Part shown: positions 10,971-24,014 of the stretch, piece after piece
How positions within the stretch are numbered: the stretch's first letter is position 1
Layout: each line of letters opens with the position of its first letter
DNA from: Octopus bimaculoides
Lineage: Eukaryota
Assembly: GCF_001194135.2 (NCBI RefSeq)
Contig: NC_068989.1
Span: 32,498,862-32,562,861 of the forward strand
Direction: 5' to 3'
Length of the DNA stretch: 64,000 nt
The notes under the pieces: model-generated
What the model saw: only the letters and a program-made list of their open reading frames with translations
Database searches by the model: none
What the model was told of the DNA's origin: nothing
Position numbers and translations under genes: made by a program

Positions 10971-11399
10971 GAAAGAATGAGTACTGCCCCTATCCTGATG
11001 CAACTGATTTCACAGTGTGTGTGAGCATGAGCACAGAAAACTGGGTGCATAGCTAATAGAGGATGCAGCTGACTAGTTTAGAGGTATTGAGGCTATTGTA
11101 GGATTAAAGAAAATGTGCATCTATGACATAAATTTGCCATGTATTGGTGAATGCATTTCCATAAATCAGTTGAACAGCTTTTGTTTGGAAGCAACAAGAA
11201 AAAAAAAACAACTAAGCAAGTCAAAGTATTTTGGATTTGTATGTTTAAAAATGCAGTTTTGGCAATGATATGCAAAGTTGTCATGAAAGATCATCTAAGA
11301 TGAGAGCCTTAGAGGGCTGAAGATAATGTAGCTATTGACTGTATACTGTTTGAGGTTATTAAAATCTCATAATCTCCTAGGATATTTTCAAAGTCAGTA

Positions 11400-12300
11400 C
11401 AATTATGTCTCCCTTGAATTGTCAACAGGTCCAGGAAAACAATGGCAAATATTGTTAAGTAGGTCTTCTATATTAGAAGAGTGTGAGTAACAAATTCAAA
11501 TCTTTGGGAACACCAGAGTTGATAATGTAGGTCAAAGAGAACTTAACTTCATGCAGCAGTGAAGTAATCTAATGGGGATATTGATCTAAGAGCTGGATGT
11601 AGCCTATAAACAAGCAGTTTTGGTTAGAGATTGCTGTCCTAGACGGTCATGTCTGGAGTGAAACCTTTGTGTGGAAAATAAATACAGGGTGGGATCTGTA
11701 TAAGAGTGTGTATTACTAAAAGTAACAGTGAGAAGGTCATTTATGTATAGAAAGAAAAATGTTCATGAGGTTGACTTGCAAATCCACGGGCTACATCCAT
11801 TCAACTTTATGAAGGTTGGGAGATAAAGGAGTGAAGGGTAGTATCTGTATAGGACTGTGTATGCGAGTGATAAAAAAAAAATGTAATTTATGTATTGCAG
11901 AAAGGATATGCATCTGTATGGTTTGGAAACAGCTATGTTAGAATAATAGGTGAGACAGACAGCTTATATGCAAGGTACCAGCTAGGGGTCTTAATGAGTA
12001 GATGTGGTTGAAAGTTTTACTCATGTCAAAGGCAACAACTAAAGTTTCCAAGAGCAAGAAACCATTGTTGTTCAAAGACAGGAATATTACACTATTATTG
12101 TAAAAGAGTTATGTGCTACATACTCCCATTAAACAGTAAGAACACACAATTTATGCCTTCTGCAGTTTCTACTAAGTTGGCAGAGACCCTCTTGGAAGAG
12201 AATCAAAAAGTGAAGAAATATTGGTTGTAGTTTGTTGGTGAATGTTTACCAGTAAGTGAAATGACCTTTCTGCTGCCTAAGATGTTTTGTTAAGGTTTAT
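11400..12300 (-). mobile_element. Heavily decayed L2/CR1/Jockey-like RT remnant
   Basis: Minus-strand LVVAFDMSKTFN (~12045) followed by IINSGVPKDL (~11520), in the order of RT motifs ALDISKAFD and SGVPQGS. Confidence 0.5.
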
Positions 12301-12572
12301 ATGACTGAGGTGGTTGTGAGAAATTTAGATTTTTATACCAAGCTAGAAGGCATAAATTGTGTGCTCTTAATGTTTACTGGGAATGTGTACAACAAGACTC
12401 TTTCTATGATAGTGTATCATTTGTGTCCATGTACTGTGTAAGATCAGATTTACCTGTTCTCTCCACCTTTAATGCCTTTTCAGGCTTCTGAAAAGAGAGT
12501 GTGATAATTAGGGTACATGTGGATGACATGTTTAAAAAGATGAGGAATAAAGTGTAATATCATTTGCATGCA

Positions 12573-12617
<45 letters not shown>

Positions 12618-14687
12618 AAAGTGACGACGAGTAGATCATTGATTTAGTAGGAAGTACTTATAGGATTTTGTTGAGATTGGATTGAAGTTCAGTGGTGTTT
12701 AATTTTTGTGTTGGTCCAGCATTGAGTGACTCCATTTGTTTTACATCTTATTATTTTTATCTTCACATTTTGTTTTTGATGATGTCAAAAATATGGTTGT
12801 CTGGAGTAAAAATGAAACATTTTCTCAGTATTTTCAACATGCTGACTGAAAAGTCTTCAATTTTGTTGCTGGAAGTTGTTAGTGTTAAGTAGTGTGCATC
12901 ATGTTTTGAAACATTGAAATCAGTTATGTAATTTATTGTATAATTATGTAATTGTGCACCAAACTTAGTAATGACAATTGTAAAATGTTTTTCAATTTGA
13001 AAATATATTTCCATGTCAATAAAATGCACAAACCAGGACAAGAGGATGGGTGTGTAATTTACTCTCTGCATATTTTTTTTTTATTATGCAAAATACCTCA
13101 TATAAAGTTAATCAACATTTGATCAGTGCTTAGAGTTAATATAAAATGTTTGTTTTCATTGCTACAAGTAATTAATTGGAGGTTAATGCAGGATTGTGGT
13201 TACCTCTGACCTCTTGTTGCAAAATTTCCAAGAAGCTAATAAGTCAGTTAGCTCCTTATTTGCAGATGTTTAGTGATTTACACCCCCCCCCCACACACAT
13301 ACACACAACATTGTTAGACCTCTTCCTCAAGGCATAGCCTTTATTTTATACCTTGAGGAATAAGTTTAATATTTTAGAGTGAGAAGAAATGTTAACTGTA
13401 TTGAAAGATAGGTAAGAGAGGAGGGAAAGTTCTAGTAGAGTGTGGTGGAGCGACAGTCTCCAACAAAGGGAAAATAAAAGGAATAACAGCAGATTTTTTA
13501 AAATGCTGAGATGAAGTAATGTTGGGGGAAATGTTATACAAATGATTTCCTTCCAAGCTAGTGCCATAAAATTTATTCTATGTAATTTTAANNNNNNNNN
13601 NNNNNNNNNNNNNNNNNNNNNNNNNNNNNNNNNNNNNNNNNNNNNNNNNNNNNNNNNNNNNNNNNNNNNNNNNNNNNNNNNNNNNNNNNNNNNNNNNNNN
13701 NNNNNNNNNNNNNNNNNNNNNNNNNNNNNNNNNNNNNNNNNNNNNNNNNNNNNNNNNNNNNNNNNNNNNNNNNNNNNNNNNNNNNNNNNNNNNNNNNNNN
13801 NNNNNNNNNNNNNNNNNNNNNNNNNNNNNNNNNNNNNNNNNNNNNNNNNNNNNNNNNNNNNNNNNNNNNNNNNNNNNNNNNNNNNNNNNNNNNNNNNNNN
13901 NNNNNNNNNNNNNNNNNNNNNNNNNNNNNNNNNNNNNNNNNNNNNNNNNNNNNNNNNNNNNNNNNNNNNNNNNNNNNNNNNNNNNNNNNNNNNNNNNNNN
14001 NNNNNNNNNNNNNNNNNNNNNNNNNNNNNNNNNNNNNNNNNNNNNNNNNNNTATATATACATATATATATATATATATATAAAACAGGAAGTAAATTATA
14101 AATTACGTTTCTTTTGATTGAAAAGATGAATATATATAGGAATGCAGGAGAGAAGTGCTCAAATGATATTGAGCCAGAGACTCATATCAATAATATAGGG
14201 TTAGGGTTAACATTGAAATCAGGTTAACAAGCTTTATATATCCACGCTTCTACACTTCGTTACATATAAATGATACCATGACTTTCAAATGTCAAAAAAA
14301 CATACACCAGGTAAAAATCACATAGAAAAAAATACAAAATACACAGGACTTGCCTAGAAAACGTATATAAAAGTTTACTAAAAATCATCTTAAAAAGATT
14401 ATTACAGGAAGTTATTTGACTAAAAATTTAAAGAGAAAAGTATATCAAAAAAAATTTATGCCAAACTACAAAAATTATATATATAATGTAAAAGTCAATA
14501 TAGTCGTAGTCCATTATAATTGCAGGAGAATATAAATCGAATCCAGTAACTAATCCACATGTTCGTGAATCATTCCAAAAAGTAATTTAACATCCAACAT
14601 CTATGGCCATTTTGAGAGTTCATGCATGCTATACGTATCTTAAGCAATGACCTCTTCATCAGGATGAACAAAGTTTCAAAGAGTTAC

Positions 14688-15810
14688 ACATTTTTCTTTA
14701 TTACTCACAAGGGCCTAAACGAAGAGGGACAGACAAACATATATGTGGGGGAAAAATAAAAACGAATGAAAAAGATGGTTATGAATAATGGAAGGTGGAA
14801 TGACGGCCACTCAACCCCTACATCCAAGCAACCTCATTTAAACTATTTTGTTAGAATTTTTTTGCCTTTACAGCATTAATTCATTACAAATAGTTCAAGA
14901 TGGCGAAAGGCCACCCATGGTGGCAACTTACTTACATCTACCTCTTTTTCTAAGTCCACAATCTCCGCTCCGAACCTTTTCTTTAGTGCACTCCTCTCTT
15001 CATTGCTTACTATGCGCATTCAACGTGCTCAGGCCATCCCTCACATTTTGAAACGTCCACCGACATTTAGGACTTTATTTCCTCTTATTCTATTGCTGTA
15101 CAAAATAGAATACTGTATTTTCCTTTTTTTCTTTTTGGGGTGCGGATGGGGGAATTTTGGGATCCTGTATGTTTGTCTTTGTGTCTGTGTCAGGCGGAGC
15201 GGGGTGAGGGTTGGTGACTGCAGGAGGAGGGTAGGACAGGGTGGGAATAGGGTTAGGGTTCACATTTTCACTTTGATTCTTTCTTTCCTTCACTTTGGTT
15301 TCTTTGATGCTGTATTCCATCCATCTTTCTCTTCTGTTTCCTGATGCTCTTCCTCCTTCTCCAGCTCCTTTTTGCTCACACATGATGTCACAAGAGGTGG
15401 AGGTGAGGTTTCTGTCATTGTTTCCTTTGCGGTAGGTGGAGGGCAGTCTGCTTTTATGTGACCTTTTTGGCGATATTTAAAGTAATGGTACATGCTGCTC
15501 TCCACCATGACTCTCAGCCACCATCTCTAAATCTTCCAGGGTGGCCTGAATTATCATTTCCAGGCCCTGCCCATGCCAATTTCTTTGTGGTACACTTTTG
15601 GTCTGGAGGACCATCACCTTTTCCTCCATTCCCAAAAGGATGGCGGCTACCAGCCATGCAACACCCACCTCAGGAGGGATCTCTTCCACCCTTACCCTAG
15701 AAGCACGCCTTCCCAGGAAAATGGGTAGCAGAACCACATCGTCCGTTTTGAAGAAAGTCACAGCATGTTGCCTGGCTAAAGCCGCTGATGTAAACCACAC
15801 CTCCATATTC
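14688..15810 (-). mobile_element. ORF1-only L1/Tx1-related element (half-L1-like), 5'-truncated and frameshifted
   Basis: ORF1 is colinear with ORF1 at 62226-63620 (GLEMIIQA, degenerate knuckle YFKYRQKGHIKADC, LKKRFGAEIVDLEKEV). The stop near 14870 is followed by ~180 bp ending in CCCTTGTGAGTAATAAAGAAAAA, with no ORF2. Confidence 0.7.
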
Positions 15811-15846
15811 ATATATATATGTATACACACACGCATATATATACAT

Positions 15847-15881
<35 letters not shown>

Positions 15882-15959
15882 TATATAAATACATATATAT
15901 GTATTTAAAAATTTTTTTTATCTAGTTTCAGTTCATGAGCTATGGCCATGCTGGGGCAC

Positions 15960-16375
15960 CGCCATTTGGTGTTGTTACATAATTTTACTTCACGAATGCT
16001 TTTCAGGAATTGACATTTGGTGCAGGAGAGAATTTGATGCAGCTGCCCTCATCTGCACCTCCTGCAGTGAAGTTGGTTCATCTGGGACACTTGACAGGAA
16101 GAGGTCCAGCTTTATTTTGAAGATACCTACATCCACCCCATGCAGGTCTCTGAGGTCCTTTGGGAGGATATTGGAGAGCTGTGGACCTCTGAAGCCCAGG
16201 CTATCGCAGTATCTTGTCCTACATCTTTATGGCAAATTTAGAGACCTTGGCACTGTGCAGTGGCACCCAGTTTTAGTATTTGTGTAACTCTCGATGCCAA
16301 AGTTTGGGACAAGTCCTTCGAGGATCTTCCAGATGTATGTTATGGCATATCTTTCTCATCTACACTCTAAGAAAT
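15960..16375 (-). mobile_element. CR1-like LINE ORF2 C-terminal remnant
   Basis: Minus-strand YAITYIWKILEGLVPNFGI...GPQLSNILPKDLR...KLDLFLSSVPDEP. Confidence 0.7.
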
Positions 16376-16495
16376 AGTCTTAATTTCCCAATAGCTTATA
16401 TACTGCATATATATGAGCTATATAGCTTATATGCTGCATATATATATATATATCTATATATATATATATACACATATATGTATATAAACATATAT

Positions 16496-16530
<35 letters not shown>

Positions 16531-17229
16531 NNNNNNNNNNNNNNNNNNNNNNNNNNNNNNNNNNNNNNNNNNNNNNNNNNNNNNNNNNNNNNNNNNNNNN
16601 NNNNNNNNNNNNNNNNNNNNNNNNNNNNNNTTTTTATGTGTCTCGACCATACGTGTACTGATGAACAAAAGATGCAGCTTTCTTCACAGTTTTTGCTGTA
16701 TTAATTGAGAAACAAGTGGTTTGCCGTTAAGTTAAATGTTTTTAGGAGATTAATTTTTGAAAGTTGCATTCCCTCGCTTTCGGTAAATATGTTGCTTATT
16801 TTTTGGTAGTTTTTTACTTATTTAGTCCCTCTAAGCGTGAGGCATTACTATATAGTTAATGCCCTTATATAAATTATATATATTTATGGGGAAAAAATGA
16901 TGAGTTTTTTTCCTTATGGGGTTTTTTCACGCTGACTACTTGATAAATTCTTATAAAGATTTTATCCTATATTATATTATATATATATATATATATATAA
17001 AATGGATAGGACTTTCATGCTATCAAGCAGTGATTGCAAATTTAAAGTTTTTTCAATGGAAAATATGGAGATACCAAGAAAAAGAATGAATGAGGTACAA
17101 AAGCACGTGGTGTACGAGAATAGGATATTTCTGTATCTAAAACCGAAAGCAGCAATTCTGAAGAAACTGAAAGCGGCAAGAGCAACAGCAAAGATGATTT
17201 TCCATCAGAATGAAGTAAAAATTTTTTAA

Positions 17230-18014
17230 ATGTTTTTATTAGCAATTTTTGAGGAGATGGGGTCTACCCATAGTCTTTCTTAGGAAGCGAAACGGTTAGA
17301 CTTGTATTTTTTTCAGTATGCTTGTTTGAAGCGATCACTGTGGGGAAAAAACTGTTACGCAGAATGTAAACAAACAGTATATGCCAAGAAAGCCCACGAA
17401 ACGGGGGATCAAAGTTTGGAAAATTTGTGAAGTAAATTCTGGGTACTACTATTGATTTAGTTTTTATACAGGGAAAATAATGTTAGTCAGGTACGATGTG
17501 GTCTGGAATTTATCACTACCATACCATAACCAGGGCCGTATATTATTTTTTGACCAATCTTTTTAGTTCAAACTTGTGGTGGATTTAGGTGGATTCCAGT
17601 ATTTCAGTTTATTTCACCTTTATGGTACACCTGTTCTGTTGTGCATTAAATTCAACTGATAATTTAGTGATGTGCGCAATCATACTATATCAAAATTTTG
17701 TTGCATACCCAACTGAATATTAGCTGATGATTCATTTTCTATGGCGACGTTTAAAGAACATTTCAATATTTTTACCTTTTACTCAGTTTACTTGGATTTA
17801 TCTGTAATTAGAGTCACTTTGAGACAAAAGTTATGCAATAGAATTGATTAAGAACCCTTTCTTTAATTATGTTCCAAATAGCACATTAATATGTTGAAAA
17901 GTAAAAGAAGTTAGTTGTTTAATGAAACTAGTCTAAATTCATGATTATTTTAGAATTTAATTGAAACTCATGAGGGGTGTATTTTGGTCAGAAATATAAT
18001 AACGAAAGGGTTAA
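17230..18014 (+). mobile_element. piggyBac transposase remnant with right end
   Basis: KQYMPRKPTKRGIKVWKICE at ~17372-17431; ends AAAGGG-TTAA at 18005-18014. Confidence 0.6.
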
Positions 18015-18019
18015 ACAGT

Positions 18020-19170
18020 CCAACCTATGCCATCATGGACAATATGTTAAATGATTATGATGAGATGAAGAAAATGATTGTTGAAGGGGTTATATGCAGG
18101 GAAAGTATACAAAGTTGGTGAAACTGCACTTATGTGGAAGCACATGCCTGCTAAAACTTTTTTTCTGAAGAAGAAAAATCAACACCAGGATTTAGAGCTT
18201 CCAAAAACTGTCTGACACTTCTAGGAGGAATGCCACAGGTGACATGAAGCTAAAGCCCTTCACATGTTGTTGCAAATATCTAAAGACTTTCAATGTAAAG
18301 TTTAATCTACCCCTGTTCAAAAAGGAGGCACAGAGAAGTTTGCAAATATACTAGACATAGTATTGGTTTCAAATTTTGGCACAAGGCCAGCAATTTGGTT
18401 GGAGGGGACAAGTTAATTACATCAATCCCAGTGCTCAACTTATTTTATCAATCCTGAAAGGATGAAAGGCCAAATGGACCTTGGCAAAATTTGAACCCAA
18501 AATGCAAAAATGGACCAAAGGCCATTAAGCATTTTGCCTCACATGCTAACAATTCTGCCAGCTCGCTGCCTTAGTACTAATCATAATAATTCCAACAAAG
18601 CATAGCTTCTTTTGAAGAAGGTAATCACCAAGCCACCCAGTGAACTTCAAAGAGCTTTCTGATAATGTGAAATAGAATATATCCCCAAGAATGTAAAATG
18701 GCTCCAACAAATGGATTATAGTGTAACAGTTAATGCTAAGGCATATTATTTGAGGTCTTTCAAGCAACTTATGATAGTCACTGACAAGGAGTATAACCCT
18801 CCAGTTAGAGAATTCTGGAAGAAGTTCAATGTAATGGATTTTGTAGATAACAGCTGAGTCATGGGATGATGAAAAACTCCTAATTTCCTATGATGCTTGG
18901 AAAAATATATGGCCAGACTACATCCATGACTTTACAAGTTTTCTATAAGCAGAAAGTTTACAAATTTGAAAAGAGACATCATTTTCAAGTGTCACAACAC
19001 TTGCAAATTATGTTTTGAAGAAATCATAGAGGATGATGTGGTTGAGTTGCTAGTGTACCAAAGTTTATCAGATGAAAATACAGAAATTCCACTAGCTTCT
19101 CATAAACTCACTGCAAAGAATATTGCTGAAGAGTTAGCAATATTGATTGAAGGGTTAGAAGGTTTGCAAG
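18020..19170 (+). mobile_element. Decayed Tigger/pogo DDE transposase, interrupted by a SINE
   Basis: MWKHMPAKTF, SEEEKSTPGFRASKNCLTLL, GN-ATGDMKLKP, AKAYYLRSF, VREFWKKFNV, AWKNIWP. Confidence 0.8.
18361..18572 (-). mobile_element. tRNA-derived SINE family E
   Basis: Minus strand GGCAGCGAGCTGGCAGAATTG...GGGTTCAAATT...CCTTTCATCCTTTCAGGATTGATAAAATAAG; related decayed copy near 29100-29215. Confidence 0.7.
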
Positions 19171-19189
19171 GTTTTTCTAATAATGACCC

Positions 19190-19575
19190 TCTTTACTCTT
19201 TTACTTGTTTCAGTCATTTGACTGTGGCCATGCTGGAGCACCGCCTTTAGTTGAGCAAATTGACCCCAGGACCTATTCTTTGTAAGCCTAGTACTTATTC
19301 TATCGGTCTCTTTTTGCCGAACTGCTAAGTTAGGGGGATGTAAACATACCAGCATCGGTTATCAAGTGATGGTGGGGGGACAAACACAGACACACAAACA
19401 CACATACATATACGACGAGCTTCTTTCAGTTTCTGTCTACCAAATCCACTCACATGGCTTTGGTCAGCCCGAGGCTATAGTAGAAGACACTTGCCCAAGG
19501 TGCCACACAGTGGGATTGAACCTGGAACCATGTGGTTGGTAAGCAAGCTACTTACCACACAGCCACTCCTGCACC
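19190..19575 (-). mobile_element. Full-length SINE family A (tRNA head, (TG)n spacer, tail)
   Basis: Head 19575-19417 with A- and B-box-like motifs, a microsatellite spacer, and a tail ending in GAGTAAA repeats. Confidence 0.85.
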
Positions 19576-20833
19576 TATCATGAAAGTAACAAAAATTACA
19601 CAAAGAATTTACCATAAGCTCCATTCCTACACTGAGCTGTACAAAGAGATGATGCATTACAAATATAAAAAAAAAATCTTTGGATAAGCTCATCTTTCAA
19701 GCTGTCAATGATGATGATGAATTATAAGATTTGTCAATGATGATGATGAATTATAAGATAGTGTCCTCATCTTCCCTGTAACTCACCTCTCACATAATAG
19801 TAATTTTTTTTGTGGTAAGAACACACCCTCCCTTTTACAATAGGATTCTTATTTACTCCTTAATGTATTTCTCTTCAAATGTTTTTGCATATACATATAG
19901 TACTGTGTATGTTTAGAAATTGTTATTTTCACATATAAAAAGAGGCTATGTTGATTGATTGTTTGTTTTTAATTGTTGTTGAGGGGCTTTTTGCCAAAAA
20001 ATCTAGTAGAATGCATCTCACTTTATAACATGAAAAATTAATGGGAAAATTAATTTTGTTACAAGATTTTCAGAAATACATTATTTCTATAATGTGAGAG
20101 ATTCCTGTGTTTTTAAAATTCATCTAACAATATTTTGGTCAGAAAATAGAGTCAACAGTTCTTATTGATATTCATCCCTAGACAGCTGAAAGATAAAGTG
20201 AACCTCATATAGGAGTTGAACTAAGAACATTTCAATGAAACTAAGTACTTTAAAATATTAACTACATGCGTTACTATTTCTGCTGATATTCACTTCTCAT
20301 AAAATATAACAACTGGTATGGATATGGAAATATTAACCTGTGTGATTGTTATGACATTTAACTAACTAGAACAAAAAATTGCAGTAACTTAAACTAAATA
20401 AAAAATTTCGATTTAATTCCCATAGCTACATTCTTTTTGTTTAAACTTTCTAATTACAATTTTTAAAAAATTTTCTACAATATTATTTAGTTATAAAAAT
20501 ATTTCAAGTCTAACAGCATTCAAATCACCAACAATAATTTATACATCAGTTTTCCAATGCTGGTACATTAAGATAGTTTTTAAACATAGCATCCTTTCGT
20601 GTGAAATTGTGGCTGAGACTTCTCCAAATGTCCTCAATATTTGACAATGCAACAACAAAAATCAATACTAATACCTAAACTAGTAAAACAAATGTACAAT
20701 ATACCACACTTCATTGGTAAAATTTTAATGAAATACATGCACTTTATTAGACTTACTGAATTCATGCAATATGAAAAAATTAAAAGAGAAAATGTTTTAA
20801 AGTTTTGGAAATCAGCTTTTGTATATACTTTAA

Positions 20834-21031
20834 CCCTTTAGCATACAGATTATTCTATCAAATTTAATACTTCTTCATATTGTTTTAAGCTAATCATGCA
20901 TTATTTCGTAGCTTCAAGGTTTCAATGATGTTATCACCTATAGGTTGGTGTGAGATACCAAATCTGGGCAGTTTTAACATAAAACAGGTAGATCATTTGG
21001 GCCGGATATGGCCGGTTCAAACACTAACGGG
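20834..21031. mobile_element. piggyBac-type MITE
   Basis: TTAA-CCCTTTAGCAT...ACACTAACGGG-ATAA. Confidence 0.6.
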
Positions 21032-21549
21032 ATAAAATCAATTTGAAACCTCATAAAAATACTTTGTAATAAAACTATTAATAATAAAAATTCATAATAA
21101 TAAAACATGGAGTATGGCAGCTTATGTCACTGGACTAAGCACATGACAGTTTCAAATCTTCAGCCATTGCGATGTTTCACTCTTTATAAGTGAACGGATT
21201 AAATAACAAAAAATGAAATAGATTCTACTCATTCTTCACAACTGAAGTGGGTTAGCCATAAAAATAATTGCTCCTAGAAATAAAGCTTGCAAGCAGGGAA
21301 AAAAAAAGAGGAAAAAAAGAAAACCTACCAGGTGGTCAGAGTAAGTAGCATCTCCCAATTCTTTTTAAATATCCAATATAAGAAAACTCCTGAAACAGAA
21401 AAAATATTTTGATCATTATACCTAATGCAAATTTTACTATTTTATTCTTTTTTTTTTTTCTGTTGCCATGAAGGCAGTATCTCAAACTGCAGTTTAGTGA
21501 CTGCAACAAGAAGAAAGTCAAATCTTTATTGTTTTTTTCTTTTAATAGT

Positions 21550-21895
21550 ATGACTGTGGTTAAGAAATTTGATTCACAACCATAATTCTAGGTTCAGTTC
21601 CACCAGATTACACTTTGAGAAAGCACCTTCATGCTACAGCTTTACATTGACCAATGCCTTATGAGTAAATGTGGCAAACAAAAGATGTGCAGAAGCCTAC
21701 CATATATGTGTGTGTACAGGTTTATGTCCCACTACTTGACAACTGGTGTTGGATTGTTTACATCTCAGTTAATTAGTGAAAACAGACTGATAGAACAAGT
21801 AGCTTCAACTAAGTATTGGGTTTAGTATGATAGACTAAAACCCTTCAAGGCAGTAGAACAGCAGAGCCACAATCAGATGATTGAAACAAGCTAAA
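21550..21895 (+). mobile_element. Old SINE family A copy
   Basis: Decayed head (GGTTCAGTTCCA), (TG)n spacer and tail, colinear with the reverse complement of 19190-19575. Confidence 0.6.
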
Positions 21896-22321
21896 GAATC
21901 TTGTAAATAATAAGATCTTACAACCAGAACCAAATATAAGAATTACAGTGAATTCTCTCTCTTTTTTCAGGCACTTTGCCTATTGACATCAAAAATCGTG
22001 GATATCCATGCCAAAGGTTGAAGATACATAATTTTTTTCTTCTGCTAGTTTATATACGGTCTGCTTTGTTAGTCTCTTGCTCTCTTTATCATCAGTATTG
22101 TCACTGTTTTTAAGCCTGTAAGACTTTTCAAGACAATGTTCTATAGCAGCATGTTCTTTCTGACACCAACCTTTACATATTTTCAGTTCAAATCTCACAC
22201 AACCCCAACTGTGTGCAATTATGTGAGATTCAACTATTATTTTGATACACGAGGTACAATAACTTTAGACACCCTATATCCTAAATAAAAGTAACTGGAT
22301 GTTCAACTACAATATCTTTAA

Positions 22322-22555
22322 CCCTTTTGATACCAACCTGCCTGAGACCACTCCTGATTCTTTGATACAAACATCTCGTTTAAAAATGATCTAAACTAAA
22401 ACCTTCCATCAAAATTTCCTTTTAATTTATGTTCCAAACACCAGTTTAATAACAACAAAGTTATATTACTAAATACTTATCATCAAAATTAATTGAACCA
22501 AAGTGTACTTTAACATAAATACAGTAAAATAAAAGTTTATCACAGTTCAGCTGGG
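22322..22555. mobile_element. piggyBac-type MITE
   Basis: TTAA-CCC...GGG-TTAA; shares TTTAATT(T)ATGTTCCAAA with the right part of the element ending at 18014. Confidence 0.65.
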
Positions 22556-24014
22556 TTAAGTCTGGGACTAAACAACATTAATTGGAAACATCATATAACT
22601 CACACAAGCAAGACAGTTTCACAATCACAATCAAACAAACACACTTCACTGAATCAACAAGAGCCTCAAGTCACTCAACCTGCTAAAAATAGCAACCAAA
22701 TTCCATCATCACACTCCCACTGTCTTAAAGGAAAGGAAACATTTGACAATGTAACTAAAAAGGTATGATGGTCAAGTCAGAATACATTCGATCACAACTG
22801 TTCAATCAGGGCATACCTAGAACTAACCAGCAACACTTTTCATAAAACAGAAGCCAATGAAGGAGTCACTAACTCAGTAATGGCAGCCCTATGATGTCAT
22901 CAACAAAAATTTAATACATCTCACAATACCAGTTTCCATTTTTTTAACAACTTACAAACTGTTGGTTGATGGAATATTAAGATAAAAGTATTTACGCTGA
23001 GAAATCCCAAACATTTAACCATCTATGTTCATGTACATATGTACACATACAATGCCTATGTATTCTTCTGTTATCCATATACATTTCAGACACCTCACAC
23101 CAGATACATACTGCTTCTTTGAACAGGAAGCTCAAAAATTTCCTCTAATAAGGACATAATAACCTAGTCTCATTCAACAGTACCAAGACAAACACTAACA
23201 GTAAGAAACAATCTTACACAATATCATGAGTAACACACATAGCTAAAATCCTAAACTTCTTGCGGATGAGAAAATATTTCAACTAATCATTTGCTAATTT
23301 TCTTTATGCTACCGCTACACTCTCAAATTCAAACTGCCATCCAATGGGTGGCAAAATTTCACTCACCAATACCTTATGACTACAGCCTCTGCTCATGTAA
23401 ACTAAGTTGCAGATTTTGCCAGGCTTCCAACATCCCAACTGTCCCTCCCACCAATTATTTGTCACCAAAACTGTAACCCTCTGGAATTCTTTCCATCTAC
23501 ACATATCTCCTACAGGCATCAATAGACAAAATTCAATTTAAACTTCAATTTAAAGGTCATGAATGCTGCTTTCCTCCTTTAATAGGAAGGGAATAATGTA
23601 AAAGTAGCATATATACATATGTATGAACAGATATGTAGTACTGTCTAGATCCAAAAGTTGCAAAACAAGTTTTATATGTAGGGACAAGATTGACGTCTAT
23701 TTGTTCCAGGAATAATTAGCAAAGTAAAATAATTTCACAACAGAATCAAATTTAGACTGGACATCATTTACTAAGACATACATAGTGAATACAGTTCATT
23801 CCTCCATAAAAAAAATATAAATATTCAAAATAAATAAATGAGAATTTAAGATTAAACCACAAAACAGTCTCTACTAAAATCATAAATCACTTTACCATTG
23901 CAAATTTAGCACACATAGAAGGCGTCACCACTATTATTATTTACAAATTTAAATTATACTAGTCTACAATCCAAATGTAACGTTTTTGACCTACCAGATC
24001 TAGTTTTTAAGTTA

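Noticed and set aside
14196-15257. TTAGGG telomere-like motifs at ~14198 and ~15247
   Set aside because: Only about two units each; the second encodes NPNP within ORF1; not enough to claim telomere targeting
19703-19760. 29-bp tandem duplication (a ~25-bp one is at 561-610)
   Set aside because: Ordinary slippage duplications
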